From an uncultured Eubacteriales bacterium (GTDB lineage Bacteria; Bacillota; Clostridia; Oscillospirales; Acutalibacteraceae): a stretch of DNA of 64,000 bases. Position 1 is the first letter of the stretch. Each line of letters begins with the position of its first letter. The translations under genes and the position numbers were made by a program. The DNA lies in NCBI GenBank assembly GCA_900315085.1, contig OMXW01000004.1, positions 4,399 to 68,398 on the forward strand. The letters are read 5' to 3'. Below, piece after piece: positions 39,697 through 49,491 of the stretch. Under the pieces are notes generated by a model. It searched no databases and was not told the DNA's origin. It saw only the letters and a program-made list of their open reading frames with translations.

Positions 39697-40735
39697 TTAC
39701 GAATTACTCGAAAGACTCTGCCGCGCAAACTCCGTATCGGGCGACGAGGACAGCGTAAGGAGCATAATAATTGATGAAATCAAGCCCTACGCCGATTCAA
39801 TAAGCGTAGATCCGCTCGGAAGCGTACTTGTTCACAAGCGCGGAAAGAACCGCGCAAAAGCAAAGCTCATGCTCTCCGCTCATATGGACGAGGTAGGGCT
39901 GATGGTGACCGATATAACCTCGGACGGCTACCTGAAATTTGATGAGGTCGGCGGAATTGACCGCCGCGTAATTTACGGCAAAAACGTTATTGTAGGGGAC
40001 AAAATAAACGGAGTAATCGGCTTAAAGCCCGTCCACCTCACAAAGGGCGACGAAAGCTCCGCAATCCCCGAATATTCTGATATGTACATAGATATCGGCG
40101 CGGCTTCAAAGGAAGAAGCGCTGAAATATGTAAGCTACGGCGACAGCGTATATTTTGATTCGGAGTTCACACAAAACGACACCATAATTCAGTCAAAGGC
40201 GATAGATGACCGCTTCGGCTGTCTTGTGCTGATTGAAATGATAAAGAGCGATTTGGAGTACGATACCGACTTTGCGTTTGTTGTTCAGGAGGAAATCGGA
40301 CTTCACGGCGCTACAGCCGCGGCGTATACGATAGCGCCCGAGTTCGCGCTCGTAATTGAAACCACAACCGCCGCCGATATCCCCGAAATCGACGAGGCAA
40401 AGCAGGTCTGCTGTCTCGGAGAGGGAGCGGTTATCTCTGTAATGGACAGGCGCACGCGCTACGATAAGCGTATGGTTGACCTCGCGTTTGAGACCGCCGA
40501 AAAAATCGGAGTAAAGGCGCAGTATAAACGTGCCGTTGCAGGCGGAAACGACGCCGGCGCGATCCACAAAAGCCGCTCGGGAGTAAGAACCCTGGCAGTG
40601 TCGCTTGCGTGCCGCTATCTTCACGCGCCAAGCTGCGTCGCCGACAAGGACGACTGCGAAAGCGTTTTCGCCCTGGCAAAGGAGCTTTCACAAATTATTG
40701 CGGAAGGACGGCTTTGCAATGATAATATCGGTTGA
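39689..40735 (+). CDS. M42 family metallopeptidase
   Basis: AHMDEVG, IDDR, QEEIG, GGNDAG, RYLH. Confidence 0.92.
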   Translation: MINYELLERLCRANSVSGDEDSVRSIIIDEIKPYADSISVDPLGSVLVHKRGKNRAKAKLMLSAHMDEVGLMVTDITSDGYLKFDEVGGIDRRVIYGKNVIVGDKINGVIGLKPVHLTKGDESSAIPEYSDMYIDIGAASKEEALKYVSYGDSVYFDSEFTQNDTIIQSKAIDDRFGCLVLIEMIKSDLEYDTDFAFVVQEEIGLHGATAAAYTIAPEFALVIETTTAADIPEIDEAKQVCCLGEGAVISVMDRRTRYDKRMVDLAFETAEKIGVKAQYKRAVAGGNDAGAIHKSRSGVRTLAVSLACRYLHAPSCVADKDDCESVFALAKELSQIIAEGRLCNDNIG

Positions 40736-41489
40736 TAAGTCTACCGATTTCATCGGTACAATTAATCAGATGACGGCGGACAACCCGTTTGCCTGCCGAA
40801 TTGTTTCACTGTATAAAAGCTATAAACCCGAGCTTGCGTTCGTCGATTACTGGCTTGTGATGGATCATTCGCTCAGATACACGGGTGCAATAGCGCGCAG
40901 CGGCTCAGTGTTTGTTCTCTATCTCACCGAGTTCAGCGACCTCGAGGAAATCTCATCCTTTATGCGCGTTTCCGGCGCGTCGGGTATAATCTGCGACGGA
41001 AAATACAAGCTTGACTTCTTCGGAAAGAATCCGAAAAGCGGAGTAATAATGAGAAAAACCGAACCGTCGGAGGAAAAAAGCGGCGATTTCAGTATTGTTC
41101 AGCCCGATATCCGCGAGGCGTATTATCTTATTGTGCGCGCTGCCGATAAAAACTTCAAGCCGCCGAGCTTTGAGGATTTCTATGTTGACGTGAACCACAA
41201 GCTCAGGCATAAAACAATGAGAATGTACGGCGTGCGCAGAGGCAGAAGGCTTGTTTCGGTTGCAATGACCGTTGCGGAAAGCAACAAGGGCGCGGTTCTG
41301 GGCGCGGTTGCCTGCGACCCGGCGTACCGCAAAAGCGGCTACGGCTCGGCGGTTGTCAGCTATATAAGCAACCGAATCATCGACGACGGAAAGACAGTAT
41401 ACATCCACCGCGCCAAAAACGCCAACGAAAAGTTTTACGATAAGCTCGGCTTTACCGAATTCGGAAGCTGGAGCGAATACTATAATTAA
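40719..41489 (+). CDS. GNAT family acetyltransferase
   Basis: C-terminal VAC.P.YRKSGYG and A..FY.KLGF motifs. Confidence 0.85.
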   Translation: MIISVDKSTDFIGTINQMTADNPFACRIVSLYKSYKPELAFVDYWLVMDHSLRYTGAIARSGSVFVLYLTEFSDLEEISSFMRVSGASGIICDGKYKLDFFGKNPKSGVIMRKTEPSEEKSGDFSIVQPDIREAYYLIVRAADKNFKPPSFEDFYVDVNHKLRHKTMRMYGVRRGRRLVSVAMTVAESNKGAVLGAVACDPAYRKSGYGSAVVSYISNRIIDDGKTVYIHRAKNANEKFYDKLGFTEFGSWSEYYN

Positions 41490-41495
41490 AGGTGA

Positions 41496-42770
41496 TTGTA
41501 TTTGAATTTTTTTGAAATAAATCCGCGTGTTCTTGAGGCGTCGCAAAAGGCTATGGAGCTTTGCACCGACAAACTCAGGGAGATCGAGCGGATCCAGGAG
41601 TATCATCAGACCAAGATGATCAAGGCGTTTCAGAACGCCGGTGTGCGCGAAAGCTATTTTTGCGGCTCAACCGGCTACGGCTACGACGATTTCGGACGCG
41701 ACGCTCTCGACAGGGTGTACGCCTATGTCTTTGACGCGGAGGACGCTCTTGTGCGCCATAATTTTGTAAGCGGAACTCACGCGCTGACCGTCGCACTGTT
41801 CGGAGTTCTTCGTCCCGGAGATACCGCTCTCTGCGTAACGGGAATGCCCTACGACACGATCCGCTCGGCAATCGGTCTTGAAGGCAATTATTCCGGTTCG
41901 CTCAAAGATTTCAAAATCAACTTTGAAATCACCGGGCTTAAACCCGACGGCACGCCCGACTATGAGCAAATCCGCAGAGATATTGAAGAAAAGAAGCCGA
42001 AGATGGTCTACATCCAGCGTTCGCGCGGCTACAGCACGCGCCCAACGCTCACCTACCGTGAAATCAAGAAAATCTGCGACATCTCAAAAGAGGCTTCAAG
42101 GGATTCAATTATCATGCTCGACAACTGCTACGGCGAATTCACTGAGATGGTGGAGCCGCTGTCGGTCGGCGTTGATATGATGGCAGGTTCTCTGATTAAA
42201 AACCCCGGCGGCGGAATCGCTCCCACGGGCGGATATATTGCAGGCAGAGCGGACTTGGTTGAGATGTGCTCCTACCGCCTCACAACCCCCGGTACGGGTA
42301 AGGAAATCGGCGCCACGCTTAACACCTCTCGCGAGCTTTTTATGGGCGCGTACCACGCTCCGCACGTTACGGGCGAGGCAATGAAAACCGCCGTTTTCGC
42401 TTCGGCGCTGTTTGAAATATTGGGCTATGAAACTTCTCCCAAGTACAGCGAAAACAGGGGAGATATTATCCAGCTAATCATGCTTGACAACGAGGAAAAT
42501 CTTATCCGCTTTTGCGCGGGAGTACAGAGCGGCTCGGCTGTTGACAGCTTTGTTCAGCCCATGCCGTCCGACATGCCCGGCTACGAAAGTCAGGTAATAA
42601 TGGCGGCAGGCGCGTTCACGCTCGGTTCGTCAATCGAGCTTTCCGCCGACGCTCCGCTCCGCGAACCGTACGCGGTATGGCTGCAGGGCGGACTTAACTT
42701 CCATGCGGGCAAGCTTGGAATCATGCTCGCGGCTGACAAGGTCCTTAGCGGTGAAAAAGTATTCAGTTGA
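41496..42770 (+). CDS. YnbB / methionine gamma-lyase-like PLP enzyme
   Basis: STGYGYDD.GR, FVSGTHA, IQRSRGY, DNCYGEF, GSLIKNPGGG; TTG start. Confidence 0.92.
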   Translation: MYLNFFEINPRVLEASQKAMELCTDKLREIERIQEYHQTKMIKAFQNAGVRESYFCGSTGYGYDDFGRDALDRVYAYVFDAEDALVRHNFVSGTHALTVALFGVLRPGDTALCVTGMPYDTIRSAIGLEGNYSGSLKDFKINFEITGLKPDGTPDYEQIRRDIEEKKPKMVYIQRSRGYSTRPTLTYREIKKICDISKEASRDSIIMLDNCYGEFTEMVEPLSVGVDMMAGSLIKNPGGGIAPTGGYIAGRADLVEMCSYRLTTPGTGKEIGATLNTSRELFMGAYHAPHVTGEAMKTAVFASALFEILGYETSPKYSENRGDIIQLIMLDNEENLIRFCAGVQSGSAVDSFVQPMPSDMPGYESQVIMAAGAFTLGSSIELSADAPLREPYAVWLQGGLNFHAGKLGIMLAADKVLSGEKVFS

Positions 42771-42792
42771 TTTTTTCTGCCCCAAAAAAACG

Positions 42793-43003
42793 ATGTCATT
42801 CCAAAAAATGGAACTGAGTACAACTGTAGGGGAAGCGCTTGCCGCCTCCCGTCAGACCGGCGCATAGCTACCGGGTGACCGCAAGGGTCACCCCTACACC
42901 ACAAAATGTCATTCCGAGCGCAGTCGAGGAATCCCCCGAATAGTGAACAAACTTCATTATAAAAAGAAAAGATGTCATTCCGACCAACGTGGAGGAATGA
43001 CAT
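42793..43003. repeat. REP cluster (three family A units plus a family B doublet)
   Basis: atgtcattcc at 42793, 42906 and 42972; GTAG...CTAC at 42826-42897. Confidence 0.85.
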
Positions 43004-43009
43004 CTGCTT

Positions 43010-43672
43010 TTATTTCTTCAACGAATTTCTTATATTTCTCTCGGAAAACTGAATCAGGCTGAACAGCGACGACGCGGACTTATCAAAATATCCCGACAAA
43101 ATATCGGGGGAGAGCGCAAGCGCTATTTTTTCATCCTCAATAATATCCTCCGCAAGCATCAAATCAAGCGACATCGACGCTGACGCGGCGTGTTTAAACT
43201 TGTTTTTGTCAAGCGAAAACATCGTTTGCGAATTTGATTTCTCGGAGTTGTAAATCAGCCTGAAAACCTCGTAGTGAGCGCACATCAGATAGTTGCTGAC
43301 CGTGTTTGTCAGCCTCTTGCTTCCGATTTGCGCAAGCAGGTCATAGACTACCGAGCAGGAGTTTGAAATCACCTTTCGGTTTATTTGATTGACCATGCTG
43401 CCGCTTATCTTGCCCGAGTTGCTTTCCTCGGCGTTCTCGGAAACGGGAGCGGAGGTATTATTTCGCTGCAGTGTTCTCCCGAGCAGATAGTCGGTCGTCA
43501 CGTCGTAGTATTCCGCAACCTTAATAAGAAAATCAAGTCCGCACTCGCGGATCCCCTTTTCATAGTGCGATAGCAATGCTTGGGAAATTTCCAAATCGGC
43601 TGCCGCCTGTTTCTGGCTCAGTCCGCGCTCCTTGCGCAAAAAAGTGATAATTCTGGGAAAATCATTGTTCAT
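43010..43672 (-). CDS. XRE-family HTH regulator
   Basis: LRKERGLSQKQAA.DL.ISQALLSHYEKG.RE; SD GAGGTG. Confidence 0.9.
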   Translation of the reverse strand: MNNDFPRIITFLRKERGLSQKQAAADLEISQALLSHYEKGIRECGLDFLIKVAEYYDVTTDYLLGRTLQRNNTSAPVSENAEESNSGKISGSMVNQINRKVISNSCSVVYDLLAQIGSKRLTNTVSNYLMCAHYEVFRLIYNSEKSNSQTMFSLDKNKFKHAASASMSLDLMLAEDIIEDEKIALALSPDILSGYFDKSASSLFSLIQFSERNIRNSLKK

Positions 43673-43780
43673 AGCTTGACACCTCGGCTGAATTAATAGT
43701 ATAATATTCATAGTATGTGCTATTATACTAATAGTATAATATAAAATTAACCGGTTGTAAACCAATTATTCGGAGTTTTT

Positions 43781-44413
43781 ATGAAATCATATGTTATCCA
43801 TTTTATCCGCCACGGAGCGATTGATGAAACTCTCGGCGGAAAATATATCGGCACTACCGACGTACCGCTTTCCGACAAGGGAAAAATGGCGCTGCGCAAG
43901 CTTGACTTTGAGTGCCAATACCCCGGCGGCAAGGCGCTGTTTACAAGCCCGCTTAAACGCTGCACCCAAACAGCCGCGGTGCTTTATCCCGATTTAAAGC
44001 CGCTTGTTATCGCTAACCTGAGCGAATGTAATTTCGGAGAGTGGGAGGGCAAAACCGCCGATGAGCTGAAGGACGACGAGGATTTTCAGAAGTGGCTTGC
44101 AGGCGACAACTCCGTAAAGCCTCCGCGCGGCGAAAGCAACGCCGACTTTGTGCGCAGAATTTGCAGGATGTTCGAAAGCATCGTTGAAGGCCTTATGAAA
44201 ACAGGCACGACCGAAAGTATTATTGTTACTCACGGCGGTGTGATTATGACGCTGCTGGCTGTGTACGGACTGCCCCAGGCAAAGCCGTTTGAGTGGACAA
44301 TGGAAAACGGCTGCGGCTATTCGGTCAGGATAACTCCGATGCTGTGGCAGCGCGGCAAGGTGTGCGAGGTATTTTCAAAGCTGCCGCTCCCAAAGGAAGA
44401 AGCGGACGACTAA
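43781..44413 (+). CDS. Histidine phosphatase family protein
   Basis: IRHG, SPL.RC.QTA, E.NFG.WEG, THGG. Confidence 0.9.
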   Translation: MKSYVIHFIRHGAIDETLGGKYIGTTDVPLSDKGKMALRKLDFECQYPGGKALFTSPLKRCTQTAAVLYPDLKPLVIANLSECNFGEWEGKTADELKDDEDFQKWLAGDNSVKPPRGESNADFVRRICRMFESIVEGLMKTGTTESIIVTHGGVIMTLLAVYGLPQAKPFEWTMENGCGYSVRITPMLWQRGKVCEVFSKLPLPKEEADD

Positions 44414-44444
44414 GTATATAAAGTTCTGAAAGGAAGTTATAAAT

Positions 44445-45503
44445 ATGGCAGATTACAAAATCACACTTTTAAAGGGCGACGGAATCGGCCCTGAAATTGT
44501 AGATCAGGCAGTAAAGGTTCTTGACAAAACCGCGGAAAAGTTTAACTTTACCGTTGAATACGACGAGGCATTGCTCGGCGGCTGCGCAATCGACGCAACA
44601 GGCGTTCCGCTCCCCGATGAAACCGTTGCAAAGTGCAAGGCGAGCGACAGCGTTATTCTTGGCGCGGTAGGCGGTCCCAAGTGGGACAACCAGCCCGGTA
44701 ACAACCGCCCCGAGGCAGGACTTCTTGGAATCCGCGGAGCGCTCGGACTTTTTGCCAACCTCCGTCCCTCTGTGATTTTCGGACCGCTCAAGAGCGCTTC
44801 TCCCATCAAGGATGAAATCATAGGCGACAACATGGACATTATGATTGTCCGCGAGCTCACAGGCGGTATCTACTTCGGTGAGCGCGGCAAGTCGGACGAC
44901 GCTGCGTGGGACACCGAAAAATACTCGGTTGCGGAAATCGAGCGTATCGCGCGCGTGGCCTTTGATATGGCAATGAAAAGAAACAAGAAGCTCACAAGCG
45001 TTGACAAGGCTAACGTTCTTGAGTCATCGCGCCTCTGGAGAAAGACCGTGATTGAAATCAGCAAGGAATACCCCGAGGTTGAGCTTAACCATATGTACGT
45101 TGACAACTGCGCAATGCAGCTTGTTCGCAATCCCAAGCAGTTTGACGTTATCGTTACCTCAAACATCTTCGGAGATATCCTTTCGGACGAGGCTTCAATG
45201 ATTGCGGGTTCAATCGGAATGCTCGCGTCTGCAAGTCTTTCCGGCGGAAAGCTCGGACTTTACGAGCCGATCCACGGCTCCGCTCCCGATATCGCAGGCA
45301 AGGGAATCGCTAATCCGCTTGCAACGATCCTTTCGGTAGCAATGATGCTCCGTTATTCACTGGGTCAGCCCGAGGCGGCTGTCGCAATTGAAACAGCCGT
45401 TGCAAAGGTGCTTGAGTCAAACAGAACCCCCGATATTTACGAGGAAGGAATGAACAAGGTTACTTGCTCACAGATGGGCGACTTGGTGTGTGAGAGCCTT
45501 TAA
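44445..45503 (+). CDS. leuB: 3-isopropylmalate dehydrogenase
   Basis: [50 protein letters not shown]. Confidence 0.98.
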   Translation: MADYKITLLKGDGIGPEIVDQAVKVLDKTAEKFNFTVEYDEALLGGCAIDATGVPLPDETVAKCKASDSVILGAVGGPKWDNQPGNNRPEAGLLGIRGALGLFANLRPSVIFGPLKSASPIKDEIIGDNMDIMIVRELTGGIYFGERGKSDDAAWDTEKYSVAEIERIARVAFDMAMKRNKKLTSVDKANVLESSRLWRKTVIEISKEYPEVELNHMYVDNCAMQLVRNPKQFDVIVTSNIFGDILSDEASMIAGSIGMLASASLSGGKLGLYEPIHGSAPDIAGKGIANPLATILSVAMMLRYSLGQPEAAVAIETAVAKVLESNRTPDIYEEGMNKVTCSQMGDLVCESL

Positions 45504-45514
45504 AGGAGGCAGCT

Positions 45515-46230
45515 ATGCAGCTTTATGATATGCATTCCCATATTTTGCCCGCCTTTGACGACGGCGCAAAAACCATTGAGGACAGTCTTGCGCTTATTGA
45601 CTGCCTTAAAAAGCAAGGAGTCAGCAATATTTGCCTTACTCCGCACTACTACACCAACGAGCGCAGTTTTGAGGATTTTCTGACAAAAAGACAGCAGGCG
45701 TTTGAGAAATTCAGACCGTACATACCCCAGGATGTGAACATCGTTCTCGGCGCGGAGGTTTATGTAACCGATTATCTGTTCAACAACGACGACCTTACCG
45801 GAATAACGTACGGCAATTCAAGGTATATTCTCACCGAGTATCCGTACAATTCTCAGTTTGGCGAAAAGACAATGCAGAAGTTCTACGCGCTGATTCAGAA
45901 TCATCGTTTTATTCCCGTAATTCCTCATGTGGAACGCTATCGTTACCTGACGGACAACCCCGATTTTATTGAGGAGTTAAAGGACATTGGCGTAATCATC
46001 CAGACTAATGTTTCAAACTACGCCGACAAGGCTCCGTTTTTCAAAAAGCGCAGGCTGATGAAGCTGATTGACGCGGGGTTAATTGATATTCTCGGCACAG
46101 ACGCTCACTCTTTTTCGCACAACACTCCGGAGCTTTATTCTCAGGCGAAAACATTTCTGAAAAATGCGGCAAACATAAGCTTGACAAAATGATGGACGCC
46201 GCCTCAGTAATATTCAATAGTGCAGTTTAA
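45515..46230 (+). CDS. CpsB/CapC-type PHP tyrosine phosphatase, probable frameshift near the 3' end
   Basis: DMHSHIL..DDG, TPH, GAEV, PHVERY, GTDAH; called ORF stops at 46192, but the shifted frame continues ISEKCGKHKLDKMMDAASVIFNSAV* to 46230. Confidence 0.8.
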
Positions 46231-46242
46231 TCGTAAAACAAT

Positions 46243-46456
46243 GGGCTGTCGCACAGGAACGACACTGGGGTCGTTCCCTACAATCCGCAAATAAAAAGTC
46301 CTTCCCTTGAGGGAAGGTGGGCAATCCGCTTGCGGATTGGTCGGAAGGGTGACCTTTACGGAACATTTCCTACATTGTTATTCTTCTGTAATATAGCTTC
46401 GCTCATGTCACCCCTCAGTCTTGCGTATGCGCAAGACAGCTCCCCTCAATGGGAGC
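46243..46456. repeat. REP cluster: MITE-end remnant, CTAC half and family C doublet
   Basis: gggctgtcgca 46243-46253; ggaacgac..gtcgttccctac 46256-46281; ccttccc-ttga-gggaagg...gggtgac 46300-46353 and gtcacccctcagtc...gggagc 46407-46456. Confidence 0.75.
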
Positions 46457-46503
46457 ACATTTAATAATCTTGACAATCATTAATATTGAAAACAAAGTTT
46501 TTC

Positions 46504-46753
46504 AACAAAAAAAGCACCTTGTTAGGTGCTTTTTGTTTGGCGGAGAGAAGGTATGTAGGGTAGTAAGGTGAAGTTGTACCCCGCCTGATGGGTTCACTTT
46601 CTATGAGAAACGTAATCATCAGCGCTCTCCCTAAAAACGTGCCGCCGGCACGTTTTCTTAACGGTCGCCTTCGAATCCCCTTCTCCTAAATCCGCAAACA
46701 AAAAAAGCACCCTGTTAGGTGCTTTTTGTTTGGCGGAGAGAAGGGGATTCGAA
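46504..46753 (-). repeat. tRNA-Ser-linked fold-back/core cassette
   Basis: 48-bp direct repeat 46504-46551 / 46697-46744 (1 mismatch); palindrome 46670-46753; core 46552-46669 homologous to 28068-28175. Confidence 0.9.
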
Positions 46754-46795
46754 CCCCTGGTACGGTGATTACCGTACACATGATTTCCAATCTCC
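46731..46795 (-). pseudogene. tRNA-Ser(GGA) lacking the D-arm region (65 nt)
   Basis: Minus strand GGAGA-ttGGAaa-tcatg, long variable arm, agggg-ttcgaat-cccct, tctctcc-G-CCA; D-arm and 5' anticodon stem absent. Confidence 0.85.
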
Positions 46796-46809
46796 ACTTA
46801 CCGCAAGTT

Positions 46810-46838
46810 ATTATATCAAATAATATCCGAAAAATCAA
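46810..46838 (-). promoter_or_regulatory. Sigma-A promoter for the tRNA-Ser remnant
   Basis: Minus strand TTGATT-17 nt-TATAAT with TG extension, 14 nt upstream of GGAGA. Confidence 0.75.
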
Positions 46839-46942
46839 GTCTTATTTTTGTATTTGTTTATCCGAAGCTCAAAAAATATCTGTTCGGTGTGTATTTTATC
46901 TATTTTTTCATGAATATTTTTACAAAAAAATGTTATAACACC

Positions 46943-46971
46943 TTGATTTTTGCGAATAACTCTGTTATATT
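46943..46971 (+). promoter_or_regulatory. Sigma-A promoter for the amino-acid ABC operon
   Basis: TTGATT-17 nt-TATATT with TG extension. Confidence 0.55.
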
Positions 46972-47007
46972 TATTAGTGACAAATTTTTTAGGGAGATGT
47001 ATTTAAA

Positions 47008-47790
47008 ATGAAAAAGATTTTAACCGCTATTCTTGCGGCTGCAGTTGTCTGCACATCTTTGTTCGCACTTGCGGGCTGCGGCAACTCATCCAAGAACAGT
47101 GACAGCAAGTCATCAGGCAGTTCTTCATCCGAAAAAGGCGAGCTTCACATGGCTACCAACGCTTCCTTTGAGCCCTATGAGTACCAGGAGGGCGGCAAGG
47201 TTGTAGGTATCGACGCTGAAATCGCACAGGCGATCTGCGACAAGCTCGGCTACAAGCTCGTAATCGACGACATGGAGTTTGACGCGATCATCACAGCCGT
47301 AACCTCAGGCAAGGCTGACTTTGGTATGGCGGGTATGACTGTAACCGACGAGAGAAAGAAGTCGGTTGACTTTACCGACCCGTACACAAACGCAATTCAG
47401 GCAATCATCGTAAACGAGAGCGACAGCAAGGTCAGCAGCAAAAAGGACCTTGAGGGCGCAACCGTTGGCGTACAGCTCGGCACAACAGGCGACGTTTATG
47501 TAACAGACGTAAAGGACGCAAAGGTTGAGCGTTTCAGCAAGGGCGCTGACGCAGTTCTTGCTCTTACACAGAACAAGGTTGACGCTGTTGTAATCGACAA
47601 CGAGCCCGCAAAGAAGTTCGTTGAGCAGAACAAGGGCACAAAGATTCTTGACGAGTCGTTCAAGAACGAGAATTACGCAATCTGCCTCAAGAAGGGCAGC
47701 GATCTCACAGAGCAGTTCAACAAGGCTCTCAAGGAGCTCAAAGACGACGGCACTGTAAAGAAGATTATTGACAAATACATCAAAGCATAA
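47008..47790 (+). CDS. Polar amino-acid ABC transporter substrate-binding lipoprotein
   Basis: Lipobox LAGC, ATNASFEPYEY, GMTVTDERK..VDFT.PY, GVQLGTTG. Confidence 0.93.
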   Translation: MKKILTAILAAAVVCTSLFALAGCGNSSKNSDSKSSGSSSSEKGELHMATNASFEPYEYQEGGKVVGIDAEIAQAICDKLGYKLVIDDMEFDAIITAVTSGKADFGMAGMTVTDERKKSVDFTDPYTNAIQAIIVNESDSKVSSKKDLEGATVGVQLGTTGDVYVTDVKDAKVERFSKGADAVLALTQNKVDAVVIDNEPAKKFVEQNKGTKILDESFKNENYAICLKKGSDLTEQFNKALKELKDDGTVKKIIDKYIKA

Positions 47791-47850
47791 TCAGCACACA
47801 ACCGGCGGGTCGTTGTACCCGCCGATTTGCTGTCAGTAAGGAAAGTATAT

Positions 47851-48582
47851 ATGGAAGATTTTTTCTCAGAAATAGCCCAGAGCTTTGAAAAAACGTTCAT
47901 CACCGATGACCGCTGGCTACAGATCCTCAACGGCTTGTGGGTAACGATCCAAATTACCATTGTTGCCGCGATCATCGGCTTAGTGCTCGGATTTTTGATT
48001 GCTATCGTGCGTTCAACCTATGACATGCAGTTAATGGGCAGAAAGTGCAAAAGCGCAGGCGACTGGCTGCTCAAAATCCTAAACTTTATCTGCAACCTGT
48101 ACATAACCGTGATCCGCGGAACCCCCGTGGTTATCCAGCTTATGATTATGTACTTTATTGTGTTTGCAAGCTCACGAAACGGCATTATCGCCGCGTTTAT
48201 CTCATTCGGACTTAACTCCGGCGCGTATGTTGCGGAGATTGTCCGTTCGGGTATTATGTCAATCGACCGCGGACAGTTTGAGGCAAGCCGTTCGATCGGC
48301 TTTGACTACAAGCGCACAATGCTTTATATAATCGTTCCGCAGGCGTTCAAGAATATTCTGCCTGCACTCGGCAACGAGTTTATCGTACTTGTAAAGGAAA
48401 CCTCTGTAGCGGGCTACGTTGCGCTCCAGGATCTCACATATGTGGGCAACCTGATTCGTTCTCGTACCTACGAAGCGTTTTTCCCGCTGATTACGGTAGC
48501 GGTTATTTATCTGATTATCGTACTTATTCTCTCGTTCCTTCTCAAGAAGCTCGAAAGGAGGCTGCGCAACAGTGACCACTGA
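47851..48582 (+). CDS. Polar amino-acid ABC transporter permease
   Basis: [32 protein letters not shown]. Confidence 0.94.
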   Translation: MEDFFSEIAQSFEKTFITDDRWLQILNGLWVTIQITIVAAIIGLVLGFLIAIVRSTYDMQLMGRKCKSAGDWLLKILNFICNLYITVIRGTPVVIQLMIMYFIVFASSRNGIIAAFISFGLNSGAYVAEIVRSGIMSIDRGQFEASRSIGFDYKRTMLYIIVPQAFKNILPALGNEFIVLVKETSVAGYVALQDLTYVGNLIRSRTYEAFFPLITVAVIYLIIVLILSFLLKKLERRLRNSDH

Positions 48583-49312
48583 TAAAGCGTTGATCAAGGT
48601 CAATAACCTTGAAAAGTCATTCGGCGACCTAAAGGTGCTCAAGGGCATCAACGCCGAAATCAATAAGGGCGACGTTATGGTTGTTATCGGAGCTTCGGGC
48701 TCGGGTAAGTCCACATTCCTGCGCTGTCTTAACCTCCTTGAGGAACCCACCTCGGGTCAGATCATCTTTGAGGGCGTTGATATCACCGATTCAAAGGTAG
48801 ATATCAATATGCACCGCCGCAAAATGGGAATGGTTTTCCAGCAGTTTAATCTGTTCCCGCATCTCACGGTGCTTCGCAACCTCACCCTCGGTCCCACAAA
48901 GCTACTCGGAAAGAGCAGCGCCGAGGCTGAAAAAGACGCAATGAAGCTTCTTGAAAGGGTAGGTCTGCAGGATAAGGCTCAGTCTTATCCGTCCCAGCTT
49001 TCGGGCGGACAAAAGCAGCGTGTGGCGATCGTTCGCGCGCTGGCAATGAATCCCGACGTTATGCTCTTTGACGAGCCGACCTCCGCACTTGACCCCGAAA
49101 TGGTAGGCGAGGTGCTTGAGGTAATGAAGCAGCTTGCAAAGGCGGGCATGACGATGGTAGTTGTAACCCACGAAATGGGATTTGCACGCGAGGTAGGAAC
49201 AAACGTTGTTTTTGTAGACGAGGGCGTAATCGTTGAACAGGGAGCTCCCAATGAGTTTTTTGAAAATCCCAAGCACCCAAGATTAAAGGACTTTTTGTCA
49301 AAGGTATTATAA
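48572..49312 (+). CDS. Polar amino-acid ABC transporter ATPase (GlnQ-like)
   Basis: [35 protein letters not shown]. Confidence 0.95.
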   Translation: MTTDKALIKVNNLEKSFGDLKVLKGINAEINKGDVMVVIGASGSGKSTFLRCLNLLEEPTSGQIIFEGVDITDSKVDINMHRRKMGMVFQQFNLFPHLTVLRNLTLGPTKLLGKSSAEAEKDAMKLLERVGLQDKAQSYPSQLSGGQKQRVAIVRALAMNPDVMLFDEPTSALDPEMVGEVLEVMKQLAKAGMTMVVVTHEMGFAREVGTNVVFVDEGVIVEQGAPNEFFENPKHPRLKDFLSKVL

Positions 49313-49322
49313 TATTTTCATT

Positions 49323-49351
49323 AAGGGTTCGGTCAAACCGAGCCCTTTTTT
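49323..49351 (+). terminator. Terminator after the ABC operon
   Basis: aagggttcggt-caa-accgagccctt plus T-run. Confidence 0.8.
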
Positions 49352-49491
49352 GTGCAAATTATAATTCTAATATAGAATAATAATTTATTTTGCTTTGTAC
49401 GAATTATAAAAATAATTAGTGTTTTTACTTTACAAAATTGTCAATATATAGTATTATTAATATAACTATAAAAATAATGGAGTGTTATGTT

